Source: Nitrospirota bacterium (GTDB lineage Bacteria > Nitrospirota > Thermodesulfovibrionia > Thermodesulfovibrionales > Dissulfurispiraceae). From it: a DNA stretch of 64,000 nucleotides. The notes under the pieces were generated by a model. The model ran no database searches. It worked only from the letters and a program-made list of their open reading frames with translations, and had not been told where the DNA came from. Shown one piece after another: positions 1 through 10,428 of the stretch; the stretch's first letter is position 1, and every line of letters starts with the position of its first letter. The stretch lies in contig CAVPZX010000005.1 in assembly GCA_963710375.1 (NCBI GenBank), forward strand, positions 461,823 to 525,822. The letters run 5' to 3'. The position numbers and the translations under genes were made by a program.

Positions 1-136
1 AAATTATAATCAATTCATTTGACTTTCGACAACAATAGGAAAGATAGAAAAAGACAACACCAATATTTTACAATGAATGTTGAAGGAGTAGATACGCTGA
101 AGGCTGGTCTCGGGCGACGGCGTATCCAATTTAATT

Positions 137-505
137 ATGGATGCTTTTACCAAGATTGCGGAGCAGAGGATCAAGGATGCTATCGACAACGGTGAGTTCG
201 ATAACCTCAGCGGCTCAGGCAAGCCTCTTTCGCTTGAAGATGAGAGCTGGATACCCGAAGATCTGAGGCTTGCCTACAGGATTCTGAAAAATAACGGTTT
301 CCTGCCGCCGGAGTTGGAACTGAGGAACGAAATAATCAATCTCCGGAGATTTATTGACACAATTGATGACGATAAGGAGAGGGTAAAGAAACTCAGGGAA
401 CTGAACTTTAAAATTACAAAGCTTGGACTCATGAGGGGGAAGCCATGCCTCTTAGAACAATTTCCGGAATATGAGAGCAGGTTTTATGAGAAGGCGCTGA
501 AGTAA
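137..505 (+). CDS. DUF1992 family protein (DnaJ subfamily C28-like conserved domain)
   Basis: Signature IAEQRIKDAIDNGEFDNLSGSGKPL...RILKNNGFLPPE. Confidence 0.85.
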   Translation: MDAFTKIAEQRIKDAIDNGEFDNLSGSGKPLSLEDESWIPEDLRLAYRILKNNGFLPPELELRNEIINLRRFIDTIDDDKERVKKLRELNFKITKLGLMRGKPCLLEQFPEYESRFYEKALK

Positions 506-521
506 AGAAGAAGGAGGGGGT

Positions 522-983
522 ATGCATCTCTATCTTGTGCAGCATGCGGAAGCTAAAAAGGAAGAGGAAGATCCATTGAGATCGCTTACCGACAAAGGAA
601 CTCATGATATAAAAAAGGTAGCTTCCAATGTCGTCAAACTGAAACTAAAAGTCGCTAACATTTATCACAGCGGTAAAACTAGGGCCTTACAAACCGCTCA
701 GATACTGCACAAGAGTGTAGACTCTTCTGGTGGAATATCACAAACTGACGGATTATCGCCTATGGACGAACCAGGAGTTTGGGCAGAGCGATTGGGTTCA
801 ATAAAAGATAACATTATACTGGTTGGACATCTGCCCCATCTATCAAAACTTGCGTCACTTTTAGTTGCAGGGGATGAGGGAAAAGACGTAGTAAACGTTC
901 AAAAGGCATCAATAGTCTGCCTCCAGCGATTTGACGATGGACATTGGGCGGTAGACTGGATGCTCACTCCTGAAATATGCTGA
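522..983 (+). CDS. sixA: Phosphohistidine phosphatase SixA
   Basis: [10 protein letters not shown]-terminus, [19 protein letters not shown] aaggagg upstream. Confidence 0.9.
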   Translation: MHLYLVQHAEAKKEEEDPLRSLTDKGTHDIKKVASNVVKLKLKVANIYHSGKTRALQTAQILHKSVDSSGGISQTDGLSPMDEPGVWAERLGSIKDNIILVGHLPHLSKLASLLVAGDEGKDVVNVQKASIVCLQRFDDGHWAVDWMLTPEIC

Positions 984-3900
984 AGACAAATCATCTTGCC
1001 GTTTCCCAACCTTACCGGACGATCAATAAAGTCAGATTTGTCACCGCCTCCAGCCTGTTCGACGGGCACGACGCTTCAACCAACATTATCCGCCGGATTC
1101 TCCAGGCCTCGGGCGCCGAGGTAATCCATCTGGGGCACAACCGGTCCGCGGAAGAGATCGTTACCGCGGCGTTACAGGAAGATGTGCAGGGCGTCGCAGT
1201 GTCCTCGTACCAGGGTGGGCATATGGAATTCTTCAGATATATGTTGGATCTGCTTCGGGAGAGGGGCGGAGAGCACATCCAGGTTTTTGGCGGAGGCGGC
1301 GGGGTGATCGTGCAAGACGAGATCCGCGAATTGCAGGCCTACGGTATCGCCCGCATTTATTCTCCTGAGGACGGCCAGACCATGGGACTGCAGGGCATGG
1401 TCAACGAGATGCTCAGTCGATGCGACGCGGATGTCTCACAGTTCGCGCCCAACAGCCTCAAGTCCCTGGATACGGGCGATCACGGGACGCTTGCCAGAGT
1501 CATCACCGCGCTTGAAAACAGGACCTATCCGGAACATCTGAACCGGGAAATCCAGCAGCGCTCCGGGTCGATGAGCATTCCCGTGCTCGGCATAACCGGC
1601 ACAGGGGGCTCAGGCAAAAGCTCACTCATTGACGAATTTATCCGCCGCATCCGGCTCGACCAGGACGACCGGCTCAAGATCGCGGTGCTGGCGGTAGATC
1701 CCACGCGCAGGAGGACCGGCGGCGCTTTGCTCGGCGATCGTATCCGTATGAATGCGATCAGTCATCCCCATATCTACATGCGTTCCCTCGCCACCCGCGG
1801 GTCCGGAACTGAAATATCGGCCGCGTTGCGCGATGTGATTGGGGCATGCCGGCTGTCTGGCTTCGACCTTATAATCGTCGAGACGCCGGGCATTGGCCAG
1901 GGTGATACCGGTATAGTGCCGCTGGTGGATGTCTCGCTCTATGTTATGACACCCGAGTTCGGCGCGGCAAGCCAGTTGGAGAAGATCGATATGCTGGACT
2001 TCGCCGATTTTGTCGCGATCAACAAATTCGACCGCAAGGGCGCGGAGGACGCACTGCGGGACGTGCGCAAGCAGGTCCAGCGCAACCGCCGGGCTTTTGA
2101 GCAGAGGCCGGAGGACATGCATGTCTTCGGCACTGTCTCTTCCCATTTCAACGACGAGGGCGTCACCGCGCTTTATCAGGCAGTCCTCCCAAAGCTCGTG
2201 GAGCATGGGCTTAAGCCCTATCCCGGCAGGCTTCCGAAGGCACGGGTCGGACTGTCCTCTACGATCAGCGTGATTGTGCCTCCGCATCGGGTCCACTACC
2301 TTGCCGAGATTGCGGATACGGTTCGAAACTATCACAGACACGTGCAGGAGCAAAGCCGTATCGCCCGCGAGCGACAGCAGTTACGGAGCGCTAGAAACGC
2401 CCTGGACAAGTGCGGTAAGGACGCTTCGGCGCTCGAAGAACTGATTTCGGCCAAGGACCTCCAGATCGATCCCCGCTCCAAAGAGATGCTCGAGTCGTGG
2501 CCGAAGACGCTTGAGACGTACGCTCAGGACGAGTACGTAATGAAGGTCCGAGACGAGGAGATCCGCACCTCGCTCAATCATGTAACACTCTCCGGCACAA
2601 AGATCCCGAAGGTTTCGTTGCCGCGCTTCGAGGACGAGGGCGAGATACTCAAGTGGCTGATGCGCGAAAACCTGCCCGGCTCGTTCCCTTACACTGCCGG
2701 CGTTTTTGCATTCAAACGGGAAAATGAAGACCCAACCCGTATGTTCGCCGGAGAGGGCGATGCCTTCCGCACCAACTACCGGTTCAAGAAACTCTCTGAG
2801 GGCATGCAGGCGGTACGTCTGTCCACTGCGTTCGATTCGGTAACGCTTTACGGGTGTGATCCGGACGAGCGCCCCGACATATACGGCAAAGTCGGCAACT
2901 CAGGCGTCTCGATTTCTACGCTGGATGACATGATGGTATTGTATTCAGGCTTCGACCTGTGCCACCCGGCATCCTCAGTGTCTATGACCATTAACGGCCC
3001 GGCGCCGATAATTCTCGCCATGTTCTTTAATACAGCGATTGACCAGGAGGTTGAGAAGTTCACTGGGGTGAATGGTCGCGAGCCGACCGAGGACGAGGCC
3101 CGTAAGATTAGGGCGTCGGTGCTGTCAAACGTGCGCGGCACTGTACAGGCGGACATCCTCAAAGAGGACCAGGGCCAGAACACCTGTATCTTCTCCATCG
3201 ACTTCGCGCTCAAGATGATGGGCGACATCCAAGAATACTTCGTACATAACAACGTGCGGAACTTTTACTCGGTCTCGATTTCCGGCTATCACATTGCCGA
3301 GGCCGGTGCGAACCCCATCTCTCAGCTTGCATTCACGTTGGCGAATGGCTTTACCTACGTGGAGACGTACCTGTCGCGCGGTATGCATATAGACGACTTT
3401 GCGCCCAACCTCTCGTTCTTCTTCTCCAACGGCATGGAGCCCGAGTACTCAGTCATAGGCCGCGTGGCGCGCCGCATATGGGCCGTCGCGATGAAGGACC
3501 GCTACAGCGCGAACGAACGCTCACAGAAACTTAAGTATCATATCCAGACGTCAGGGCGCTCGCTTCACGCACAGGAGATGGCCTTCAACGATATTCGCAC
3601 TACCTTGCAGGCCATGATCGCTATTTATGACCACTGCAACTCGCTGCATACCAACGCTTATAATGAGGCGATCACCACGCCCACCGAGGAATCAGTGCGC
3701 CGGGCCATGGCCATTCAGCTCATCCTCAATAGGGAATGGGGAATCGCAAAGAACGAGAACCCGAACCAGGGCTCTTTTATCATCGAAGAGCTTACGGACC
3801 TGGTGGAGGAAGCGGTGCTCAAGGAGTTCGAGGCGATCAGTTCGCGCGGGGGCGTGCTGGGCGCAATGGAGACCGGTTACCAGCGAGGCAAGATCCAGGA

Positions 3901-4234
3901 GGAGTCGCTGGACTACGAGACGAAGAAACACGACGGGTCTTATCCCATCGTAGGGGTGAACACCTTCCGCAATCCCGGCGATCAAGCCCTTCATGAAACA
4001 GCGGACCTTGCCCGGTTGACCGAGGAGGAAAAAAGGAGCCAGTTGCAAAGACTCAGGGAGTTTCACAACCGCCACGCGCAGGAAGCGCCGATGGCGCTGG
4101 CCATGCTTAAGCAAGCCGCAATCAACGGCGACAATATTTTCGGAGCTCTGATGGATGCGGTCCGCTGTTGTTCTCTGGGTCAGCTCACGCAGGCCCTATT
4201 CGAGGTAGGCGGACAGTATCGCCGTGGCATGTAA
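977..4234 (+). CDS. icmF: Fused isobutyryl-CoA mutase / MeaB-like GTPase (IcmF)
   Basis: N-terminal B12-binding domain (FDGHDAS), P-loop [19 protein letters not shown]-terminal mutase barrel ([25 protein letters not shown]); 1085 aa. Confidence 0.95.
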   Translation: MLKTNHLAVSQPYRTINKVRFVTASSLFDGHDASTNIIRRILQASGAEVIHLGHNRSAEEIVTAALQEDVQGVAVSSYQGGHMEFFRYMLDLLRERGGEHIQVFGGGGGVIVQDEIRELQAYGIARIYSPEDGQTMGLQGMVNEMLSRCDADVSQFAPNSLKSLDTGDHGTLARVITALENRTYPEHLNREIQQRSGSMSIPVLGITGTGGSGKSSLIDEFIRRIRLDQDDRLKIAVLAVDPTRRRTGGALLGDRIRMNAISHPHIYMRSLATRGSGTEISAALRDVIGACRLSGFDLIIVETPGIGQGDTGIVPLVDVSLYVMTPEFGAASQLEKIDMLDFADFVAINKFDRKGAEDALRDVRKQVQRNRRAFEQRPEDMHVFGTVSSHFNDEGVTALYQAVLPKLVEHGLKPYPGRLPKARVGLSSTISVIVPPHRVHYLAEIADTVRNYHRHVQEQSRIARERQQLRSARNALDKCGKDASALEELISAKDLQIDPRSKEMLESWPKTLETYAQDEYVMKVRDEEIRTSLNHVTLSGTKIPKVSLPRFEDEGEILKWLMRENLPGSFPYTAGVFAFKRENEDPTRMFAGEGDAFRTNYRFKKLSEGMQAVRLSTAFDSVTLYGCDPDERPDIYGKVGNSGVSISTLDDMMVLYSGFDLCHPASSVSMTINGPAPIILAMFFNTAIDQEVEKFTGVNGREPTEDEARKIRASVLSNVRGTVQADILKEDQGQNTCIFSIDFALKMMGDIQEYFVHNNVRNFYSVSISGYHIAEAGANPISQLAFTLANGFTYVETYLSRGMHIDDFAPNLSFFFSNGMEPEYSVIGRVARRIWAVAMKDRYSANERSQKLKYHIQTSGRSLHAQEMAFNDIRTTLQAMIAIYDHCNSLHTNAYNEAITTPTEESVRRAMAIQLILNREWGIAKNENPNQGSFIIEELTDLVEEAVLKEFEAISSRGGVLGAMETGYQRGKIQEESLDYETKKHDGSYPIVGVNTFRNPGDQALHETADLARLTEEEKRSQLQRLREFHNRHAQEAPMALAMLKQAAINGDNIFGALMDAVRCCSLGQLTQALFEVGGQYRRGM

Positions 4235-4287
4235 ATAGGGACAGGTGTAAGTGGTAACTGGATTTTAGAGAATAAGGAGGAGGTTGT

Positions 4288-4929
4288 ATGAACGAGTTCG
4301 AATCCTGGCACAATGATGTGATCGGAAACAAGGCAGTAGCTGCTTTGGTCAAAAACAAATTCACCGCTACATATTGCAAGACCGGACCTGAAGCCGTGGA
4401 AAAAATTCTCGAACAGATACCGCCCAACTCATCCGTCGGAATAGGCGGCTCCTGGACAGTGATGCAACTGGGATTGCTGGATAAATTGGCAGCCCGAGGC
4501 AGCGAGGTGCTGAACCACGGGAAAGCTGGTTTGACCCCGGAGGAAGCAATGTCGATCCGCCGGCGGCAGTTGACATGTGATGTATTTCTTACCGGCACCA
4601 ACGCAGTGACGCTTGACGGCAAACTGGTCAATACGGATGGGGTTGGAAACCGTGTAGCGTCGATGATTTTTGGTCCAAAGAAGGTAATTCTGGTTGTTGG
4701 AATCAATAAAATAGTCAAAGACGTGGAGGCGGCGGAAGCAAGGATTAAACTATATGCCGCACCCATCAATAACAAACGGTTGAAACTCCCCAATCCCTGC
4801 ACCATAACAGGTGAATGCATGGATTGTGAGAGTGACACCCGGATCTGTAATGTTACTACCATTATGAAAAAGAAGCCAAAACTTACAGATGTCCATGTTT
4901 TCGTCGTCGGGGAGGAATTGGGGTTCTGA
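4288..4929 (+). CDS. LUD/LutC (YkgG) family lactate utilisation domain protein
   Basis: TGTNAVTLDGKLVNTDGVGNRVA, GINKIV, C-terminal Cys cluster PCTITGECMDC...RIC. Confidence 0.85.
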   Translation: MNEFESWHNDVIGNKAVAALVKNKFTATYCKTGPEAVEKILEQIPPNSSVGIGGSWTVMQLGLLDKLAARGSEVLNHGKAGLTPEEAMSIRRRQLTCDVFLTGTNAVTLDGKLVNTDGVGNRVASMIFGPKKVILVVGINKIVKDVEAAEARIKLYAAPINNKRLKLPNPCTITGECMDCESDTRICNVTTIMKKKPKLTDVHVFVVGEELGF

Positions 4930-5040
4930 TTCGGCAGCAAAAGGAGTCGCAGAAGCCGGATAGAACAAAAACGAATCGGTTTTTTAAACAGGAAGCGATT
5001 TATATTTAAACACACTAAAAAAACATTAAGAGGAGAGAAA

Positions 5041-5229
5041 ATGCCGATAGTTCAGATTGATTTTTTAGAGGGTCGTTCTATAGAGCAAAAGCGGGAACTG
5101 GCGAAAAGAGTAACTCAAGCTGTCTGCGAGACTGCGAAATGCCCTCCGGAAGCTGTTACCATCCTTCTGCGGGAATTGCCTGCAACTAATATTGCCAAAG
5201 CAGGCACTCTGATAAGCGACAAGCAATAA
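5041..5229 (+). CDS. 4-oxalocrotonate tautomerase family protein
   Basis: Catalytic Pro after Met, MPIVQIDFLEGRSIEQKREL; 62 aa; RBS gaggag. Confidence 0.9.
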   Translation: MPIVQIDFLEGRSIEQKRELAKRVTQAVCETAKCPPEAVTILLRELPATNIAKAGTLISDKQ

Positions 5230-5230
5230 G

Positions 5231-5262
5231 AAAAGCCCATTCCAGTTCTGGAATGGGCTTTT
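5231..5262. terminator. Intrinsic, probably bidirectional, terminator
   Basis: Perfect inverted repeat aaaagcccattccag-tt-ctggaatgggctttt right after the tautomerase stop. Confidence 0.8.
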
Positions 5263-5531
5263 ACCTTTAAATAACAACGTGTTGTGATATCCCCATCGGG
5301 GTCGATTTTGAGCCCCGATAAAGTCTCAAAGTGGGTTAAATCTCCCTGTCAACCTCAGAGTGAGGAATAAAGCGCATCGGGGATTGTTGAGGGAATTAAT
5401 CAAAACTTAACCATCCTGCAATACTATTTAACACTCCTGCAATACTGTTGAAATAATGCCTGTGCCATCATATTAGTGGAAGCTTAAAGCCAATGAAACC
5501 TGCGTAGACCAAATTTATAAAGAAGAGCGCC

Positions 5532-5855
5532 GTGATAAATAATTTCAAAACTGATAGAACTATTAGAACCGGAGTTAAGAAGAGAGCATTAGCCTCACAG
5601 ATTAAAGGACTTGCAGAAGCAATATTGCTACAGTTATTGGAAGATTTGTGGATCGATAAAGAAAGATCACGCTGCATGGACTTTTTTATAGGAGAAGGAT
5701 TTAGTATCTGTTCCGAAATCGCCGGGATGAGTTCTGATGATAAGGTAAAAATACTGAGTATTGTCGAAGATATTATTTATCAAAATTCAGGGAAAGACAA
5801 AAAAGTTAGAGGTATAAGAGCTGAGCGTGGTGAGGGTTATGAACTTGTGCAATGA
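5532..5855 (+). CDS. Hypothetical protein
   Basis: 107-aa ORF with GTG start; no recognised motif. Confidence 0.5.
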   Translation: MINNFKTDRTIRTGVKKRALASQIKGLAEAILLQLLEDLWIDKERSRCMDFFIGEGFSICSEIAGMSSDDKVKILSIVEDIIYQNSGKDKKVRGIRAERGEGYELVQ

Positions 5856-5881
5856 AATAATAAACAGTTCGGAGGTGTAAG

Positions 5882-6079
5882 ATGGCTTGTCCGTTTTTCA
5901 AAGAGGCTTATGTAGGGTATTGCAGTGCATGTGATTTTCCTTATACTCCCAGCATTATTGAACTCGAACAACAGTGTCTTAAAGACAGTATCGAGTTTTG
6001 TGTACACTTTAATAGGCTTCATTCAATGGCTCAAATTGCAACGCTAATGTCACGTAGTTATTCAGAGTCTAATAATTGA
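5882..6079 (+). CDS. Small Cys-rich hypothetical protein
   Basis: Strong RBS ggaggtg; CPFF, CSAC and later Cys residues suggest metal binding. Confidence 0.55.
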   Translation: MACPFFKEAYVGYCSACDFPYTPSIIELEQQCLKDSIEFCVHFNRLHSMAQIATLMSRSYSESNN

Positions 6080-6178
6080 ACAAACATTGACCGGAAAATC
6101 TCCCCTCACTCTTAGGAGCAGTTTTAATCACGAAAACGAGAAAGCTAAACTTTGGGAGTAATTTTTTTGGAGGTATCG

Positions 6179-6505
6179 ATGAAAAAAGCAATATTTATGG
6201 TCATCGTAGTAGCAGCACTATTTGCAGGCCCTACATATTCCTTTGCCGATGATTCAGCATCGGATTCTTTTCTCGCTGACTTAGCCCTGCTGGTCCCTGA
6301 GGCTTATGATTTGACGGTTGATTATGTTGCCCATATATCCTGCGGGACAGTAAACGCCAGGGACATGAACGTCGATGAGTTGCAGGGTCTCTTTTCCGAA
6401 AGACAGTTCAGCCAATTCCTCGTCCTTAAATTAAAAGGGGATGCCGGCCAGGAATACCAGACAAAGCTAAATGCGCTGTGCAGAACAAATGTTGCGAAGA
6501 ACTAG
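6179..6505 (+). CDS. Secreted hypothetical protein
   Basis: RBS ggaggt; signal peptide MKKAIFMVIVVAALFAGPTYSFA. Confidence 0.65.
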   Translation: MKKAIFMVIVVAALFAGPTYSFADDSASDSFLADLALLVPEAYDLTVDYVAHISCGTVNARDMNVDELQGLFSERQFSQFLVLKLKGDAGQEYQTKLNALCRTNVAKN

Positions 6506-6653
6506 AATCTTGGCCGTCAATAGATAGTAAATGGCGGAGCAGGGAGACTAATTCCTTGTAACAAGCAAAACTTTCAAAGTGCTATAATTATATGTAGAAT
6601 GAATAAAAATCATAAGCGATATAGATGAAAATTTAGGCCTATAAGGGGATTAT

Positions 6654-6941
6654 ATGGATAATCAAGAGGCTTATCAGAAAGCTAAGAAAAAAGTAGAGGC
6701 TAAACTCAGTTTCTACGTCCATCTGGCAGTTTATATCGTGGTAAATGCTCTCCTTGTTTTAGTGAACATTGCTACAACTCCTAAGTACCTCTGGTTCCCA
6801 TGGCCTCTATTTGGATGGGGGATCGGATTGTTTTTTCATGGCATGGGAGTCTTCTTCTTTTCCGAAGGATCACGCATAAAAGAACGAATGATTGAGAAAG
6901 AGATGAAGAGGAATAATCTCGGCAATAGAGACGAACACTGA
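6654..6941 (+). CDS. 2TM domain protein
   Basis: FYVHLAVYIVVNALL...WFPWPLFGWGIGLFFHG motif. Confidence 0.85.
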   Translation: MDNQEAYQKAKKKVEAKLSFYVHLAVYIVVNALLVLVNIATTPKYLWFPWPLFGWGIGLFFHGMGVFFFSEGSRIKERMIEKEMKRNNLGNRDEH

Positions 6942-7117
6942 GAATGATGAGTCAAAAACATAAATACTATTGCCAGCATCATCTGGATTGAGTTAAGCGT
7001 AACATGTCGCCCGATTTTGCCGAAACAAGTAGTGTGACTGGGACCATATCTTTGCCGTCAGCGGAACCAAAACCTTGCCGAAAGTATCAAAGCCTGAGCT
7101 AGATAATGGATACCAAT

Positions 7118-7771
7118 CTATTTGTCGGTAATCTTCTTTAGAATCTCCAACGTTCTTTGCGGGTCGGCTCTAACAGTGTAATCCGGGTCCGCATCTACAC
7201 TGCGAATGATGCCCTGCTGGTCGATGATTATTCTGGCGGGCATGGGTAAAGTCCATGTATCATCACCATTCACTTTTGGCAGATCAACACCAAATCCACC
7301 ATATATGATTCGCAATTCATTCGGTAGTGTAAAGGTCAATCCATACTGAGACGCAACCTTGTTACCATAATCGTGCAACAGGTCAAAGGAAAGACCAAGC
7401 TTTTCTGACATCTTTTTCAGGTACAATCCGCGTTGAGGCGATATTGCGACCAATGAAGCGCCAAGCTGCTTAATATCAGAGAAAACCTCTTCCAGAGCTT
7501 CCAGCTCCAGATTGCAGTAAGGTCACCAGGAACCACGATAAAAACTAACCACCACACTGCCATGCGTCATTAATTCTGCCAAAGTGATGATTTTCCCATC
7601 TGAATTGGGAAGCTCAAAGTCAGGGGCATGACTACCAGGTCTCAGAACTCTCTCCATAATGCCGGATCTGCGAAGCTCCTCGGTTGCTTGATGCATCGCG
7701 GCCAGAGTTTCCTTCGGTACTTTGGCGACGAAATTATTTTTGTATTCGTCTAGCTTGTCCTGTAAGCTCAT
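7118..7771 (-). CDS. Peroxiredoxin-like AhpC/TSA family selenoprotein (UxxC), 217 aa
   Basis: ORFs 7523..7858 and 7118..7453 are in one frame, separated only by TGA at 7523-7525; read-through gives FYRGSW-U-PYCNLEL versus the family motif FYRGxWCPYCNLEL; RBS aaggagg before ATG 7771. Confidence 0.9.
7491..7511 (-). promoter_or_regulatory. Putative bacterial SECIS hairpin
   Basis: tctggagct-gga-agctctgga stem-loop starting 11 nt 3' of the in-frame UGA, with G in the apical loop. Confidence 0.65.
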
Positions 7772-8025
7772 CGCATCCTCCTTTTTTATATTGCGGGTCA
7801 GCACCCAATGACAATTTTTTTTGGCTTCGAACACGTAACCGACGTCTGACGACTGCAAACAATCGAAATTAATGTTTCTCTGGCCTTTGATGAAAGCCCC
7901 AAACTCTCTTATTATAAGCGGTCTGATAGACTATATTGTGTTGTTGCCAGACGCATGGGGACAGAAGCTTTTTTTGATAACCGCTTATCCTAGGATAAGG
8001 TCAAAAAAACAATGTTTGCCCCCTC

Positions 8026-8385
8026 TTACATGCCTGGTTTTGGCTGCCAGAGTCCGAAGGCAGCGCCGGTCGGATCTAAAATTACGCTGAACCAACCCAT
8101 GCCCGGGACCTCGGTGACATCCTTAGCAATTGTGGCTCCGAGGGACTGTGCCTTTTTTGTCGAGGCTGCAACGTCATCAACCAAGATATACGGAAGCCAA
8201 TTGTCCGGAATACCGGGCATAGGTTTTTTCATTATACCTCCGCCCGTTCCTTCCCCGACTTTGATGATCGTGTATTCCATGTCCGGAATGTCTTCCAACT
8301 TCCAGTCGAACATGGCTGTATAGAACTTCTTAGACTTCTCAACGTCCTGCGTCTCCAATTCTACGTGAACAAACGGATTTGCCAT
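8026..8385 (-). CDS. VOC/glyoxalase family protein
   Basis: FVHVEL...FYTAMFDW, WLPYILVDDV, DPTGAAFGLWQ. Confidence 0.9.
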   Translation of the reverse strand: MANPFVHVELETQDVEKSKKFYTAMFDWKLEDIPDMEYTIIKVGEGTGGGIMKKPMPGIPDNWLPYILVDDVAASTKKAQSLGATIAKDVTEVPGMGWFSVILDPTGAAFGLWQPKPGM

Positions 8386-8400
8386 AGTTTACCTCCTAAC

Positions 8401-9309
8401 TCAAGTACGATTTTTTATGAAAGTGCCTTTTCCAAACTCCTCAAATGCTATTTGCAGTTCTTCTTGTGTGTTCATGACGATGGGACCATACCATGCGACA
8501 GGTTCGCCGATCGGCCTGCCGGAAATAAGGAGAAAGCGCACCGATGAATCCTCCGCCTCGATTGTAACTTCATCTCCATCTCGCTCGTAAAGTACAATGG
8601 TCTCTGCGCTGAACTTGCATTCTCTCTTGAAGTCGAAATAATTATTGCCTATAACTTCATGCGCGAAAGGGTTTCTCTCTTTGTCAAAATACGCGCTTCC
8701 CTCGATTACATAAGCAAATACTGTATGACCCGAAGGGACTGCATGCGTAAAAGTCGTCTTTGCCGGCACCAACACGTCAATATATTCGGGTTCAGTGACA
8801 ATGTCCGTAACAGGACCGATGGCGCCGTCAACGGCACCGCAGATGATTTTGATTGCTGCTCCGGAAGCCAGTTTTTTCTCTGGAATCTGAACACGTTTCA
8901 CCTCACGGTACCGTGGATCCATCATCTTGAAACTTGAAGGGAGATTTGCCCAGAGCTGGAATCCCCAGAGCACATTATCCTTATCCCCTTTCGGCATCTC
9001 CTGATGGATGATGCCGCTTCCTGCTGTCATCCATTGGACATCTCCGGGTGATATGATTCCGCTGTTTCCCATGCTGTCACCATGTTCGACCTTGCCTTGA
9101 AGCACATACGTGATGGTCTCGATTCCCCGGTGGGGATGCCAGGGAAATCCGGGGAGGTAGTGGCCAGGGTTGTCGGAATGGAAATCGTCAAGAAGCAAGA
9201 AGGGATCGAGCTGCGGCACCTGATTGTTGCCAAAGGCACGTTTCAGATGGACGCCTGCCCCTTCAGTCGTAGGCCTGCTTTTCCACACCTTTTTTATCTT
9301 TCGAACCAT
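8401..9309 (-). CDS. Pirin family protein
   Basis: DPFLLLDDF, HPHRGIETITY, WMTAGSGIIHQE, GPIVMNT. Confidence 0.95.
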   Translation of the reverse strand: MVRKIKKVWKSRPTTEGAGVHLKRAFGNNQVPQLDPFLLLDDFHSDNPGHYLPGFPWHPHRGIETITYVLQGKVEHGDSMGNSGIISPGDVQWMTAGSGIIHQEMPKGDKDNVLWGFQLWANLPSSFKMMDPRYREVKRVQIPEKKLASGAAIKIICGAVDGAIGPVTDIVTEPEYIDVLVPAKTTFTHAVPSGHTVFAYVIEGSAYFDKERNPFAHEVIGNNYFDFKRECKFSAETIVLYERDGDEVTIEAEDSSVRFLLISGRPIGEPVAWYGPIVMNTQEELQIAFEEFGKGTFIKNRT

Positions 9310-9485
9310 AGCGAAGCCCTCCTTAAGAAAATGCTGATATTTTTCTTAAAGTGTAGCAGTTTTCAGGAATACATCAAGTCGCAGGATATGTGGCTGCCGG
9401 GACAAACATTAATTCGGAGCTGAATGCTACAATATTATAAGTTACAGGCTAAACCGGTAATGCGCGGTTTCTCAACAAAAAGAGT

Positions 9486-9505
9486 ATGGCGGTGCAGGGA
9501 AGCGA
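9486..9505 (-). repeat. Degenerate second copy of the tRNA-Met 3' end (old att site)
   Basis: atggcggtgcagggaa(g)cga matches 17711-17730 at 19 of 20 positions. Confidence 0.7.
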
Positions 9506-9687
9506 CTGTACTCGTTCCACTTTTCTCAAACTCACTGTAACACGTTGCTTTTTCTGCCACAAGCGCTCTTTCCGCCTGAACGCGCGCTCAATTTTGTGTC
9601 ACAGTTTACGTCCCAGTTTACACGGCCAAACATAGCCCTGTCAAACCCCAGTTGATAAATCAGGTGGCCTATTGTAGGATTATAACC

Positions 9688-10027
9688 GTGAACTGGATAG
9701 AGAAAATACGACATGGGTTTGAATCAAACGCAGTCTTTTATACCAGACATGCCAAGATAGAAATGGAGACGGAAGAATTCGGGCGGATATTGGATGCGGA
9801 TATTGGATAATGAGGTGTACGAAGCCGTCTGCGGTGGAGAAGTTATTGAGGAATACCCCGAGGATACACCATATCCAAGTGTCTTGATATTCGGGAAAAC
9901 ATTGATAGCTCGACCTTTGCATATAGTTTGTGCGTATAATAAAGAAGATAGTATGGCGATAGTAATAACTGTCTACCAGCCCAACCCTGAGTTGTGGATG
10001 GAATACAAGAGGAGAAAAGAGCCATGA
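9688..10027 (+). pseudogene. DUF4258 family toxin-like gene frameshifted by a 13-bp tandem duplication
   Basis: GTG 9688 gives MNWIEKIRHGFESNAVFYTRHAKIEMETEEFGRILD; gcggatattggat is duplicated at 9783-9808, causing TAA at 9808-9810; removing one copy joins to NEVYEAVCGGEVIEEYPEDTPYPSVLIFG. Confidence 0.8.
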
Positions 10028-10275
10028 AATGCGTAATCTGTCATGGAGACAACATCAAGGTCGCTGAGGTTAAGGAAGAATTTACTGTTGGAAACGATAT
10101 TATTTACATCCCGGTAAAAGTTCCGGTCTGCAAGACCTGTGGCGAGCGGTATTACGACAGGAGAACGATACAGTTTTTGGAACAAGTTGAAGTAAATCTT
10201 CCCGAGACAAAGGCTGAGCTGAAAGAGGTAGGCAGGGTATTGATGTATGACAAATCAATGCCGGTTGTTAAGTAA
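10024..10275 (+). CDS. YgiT/MqsA-type zinc-finger antitoxin-like protein
   Basis: MKCVIC...VCKTCGERYY; ATGA overlap with the DUF4258 gene. Confidence 0.85.
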   Translation: MKCVICHGDNIKVAEVKEEFTVGNDIIYIPVKVPVCKTCGERYYDRRTIQFLEQVEVNLPETKAELKEVGRVLMYDKSMPVVK

Positions 10276-10321
10276 ATGGCGGTGCAGGGAATCGAACCCC
10301 GGACACTGCGGATATGAGCCG
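10274..10321. repeat. att direct repeat (copy of the tRNA-Met 3' portion)
   Basis: aaatggcggtgcagggaatcgaaccccggacactgcggatatgagccg identical to 17709-17756. Confidence 0.95.
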
Positions 10322-10428
10322 GAAAAGATCAATTTAACACCTCAAGGAATACCCTCAAGTATACCACAAAAGCAAAGAGTTCCGAAGCGTAAGAGAACGT
10401 AATAAACCGTTTTCTTACGTCTTTTTTT

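Noticed and set aside
1012..4114. Many long antisense and alternate-frame ORFs within icmF (and similarly within pyk, rpsA and 37952..38863)
   Set aside because: These are shadow ORFs of well-supported genes, with no recognisable motifs.
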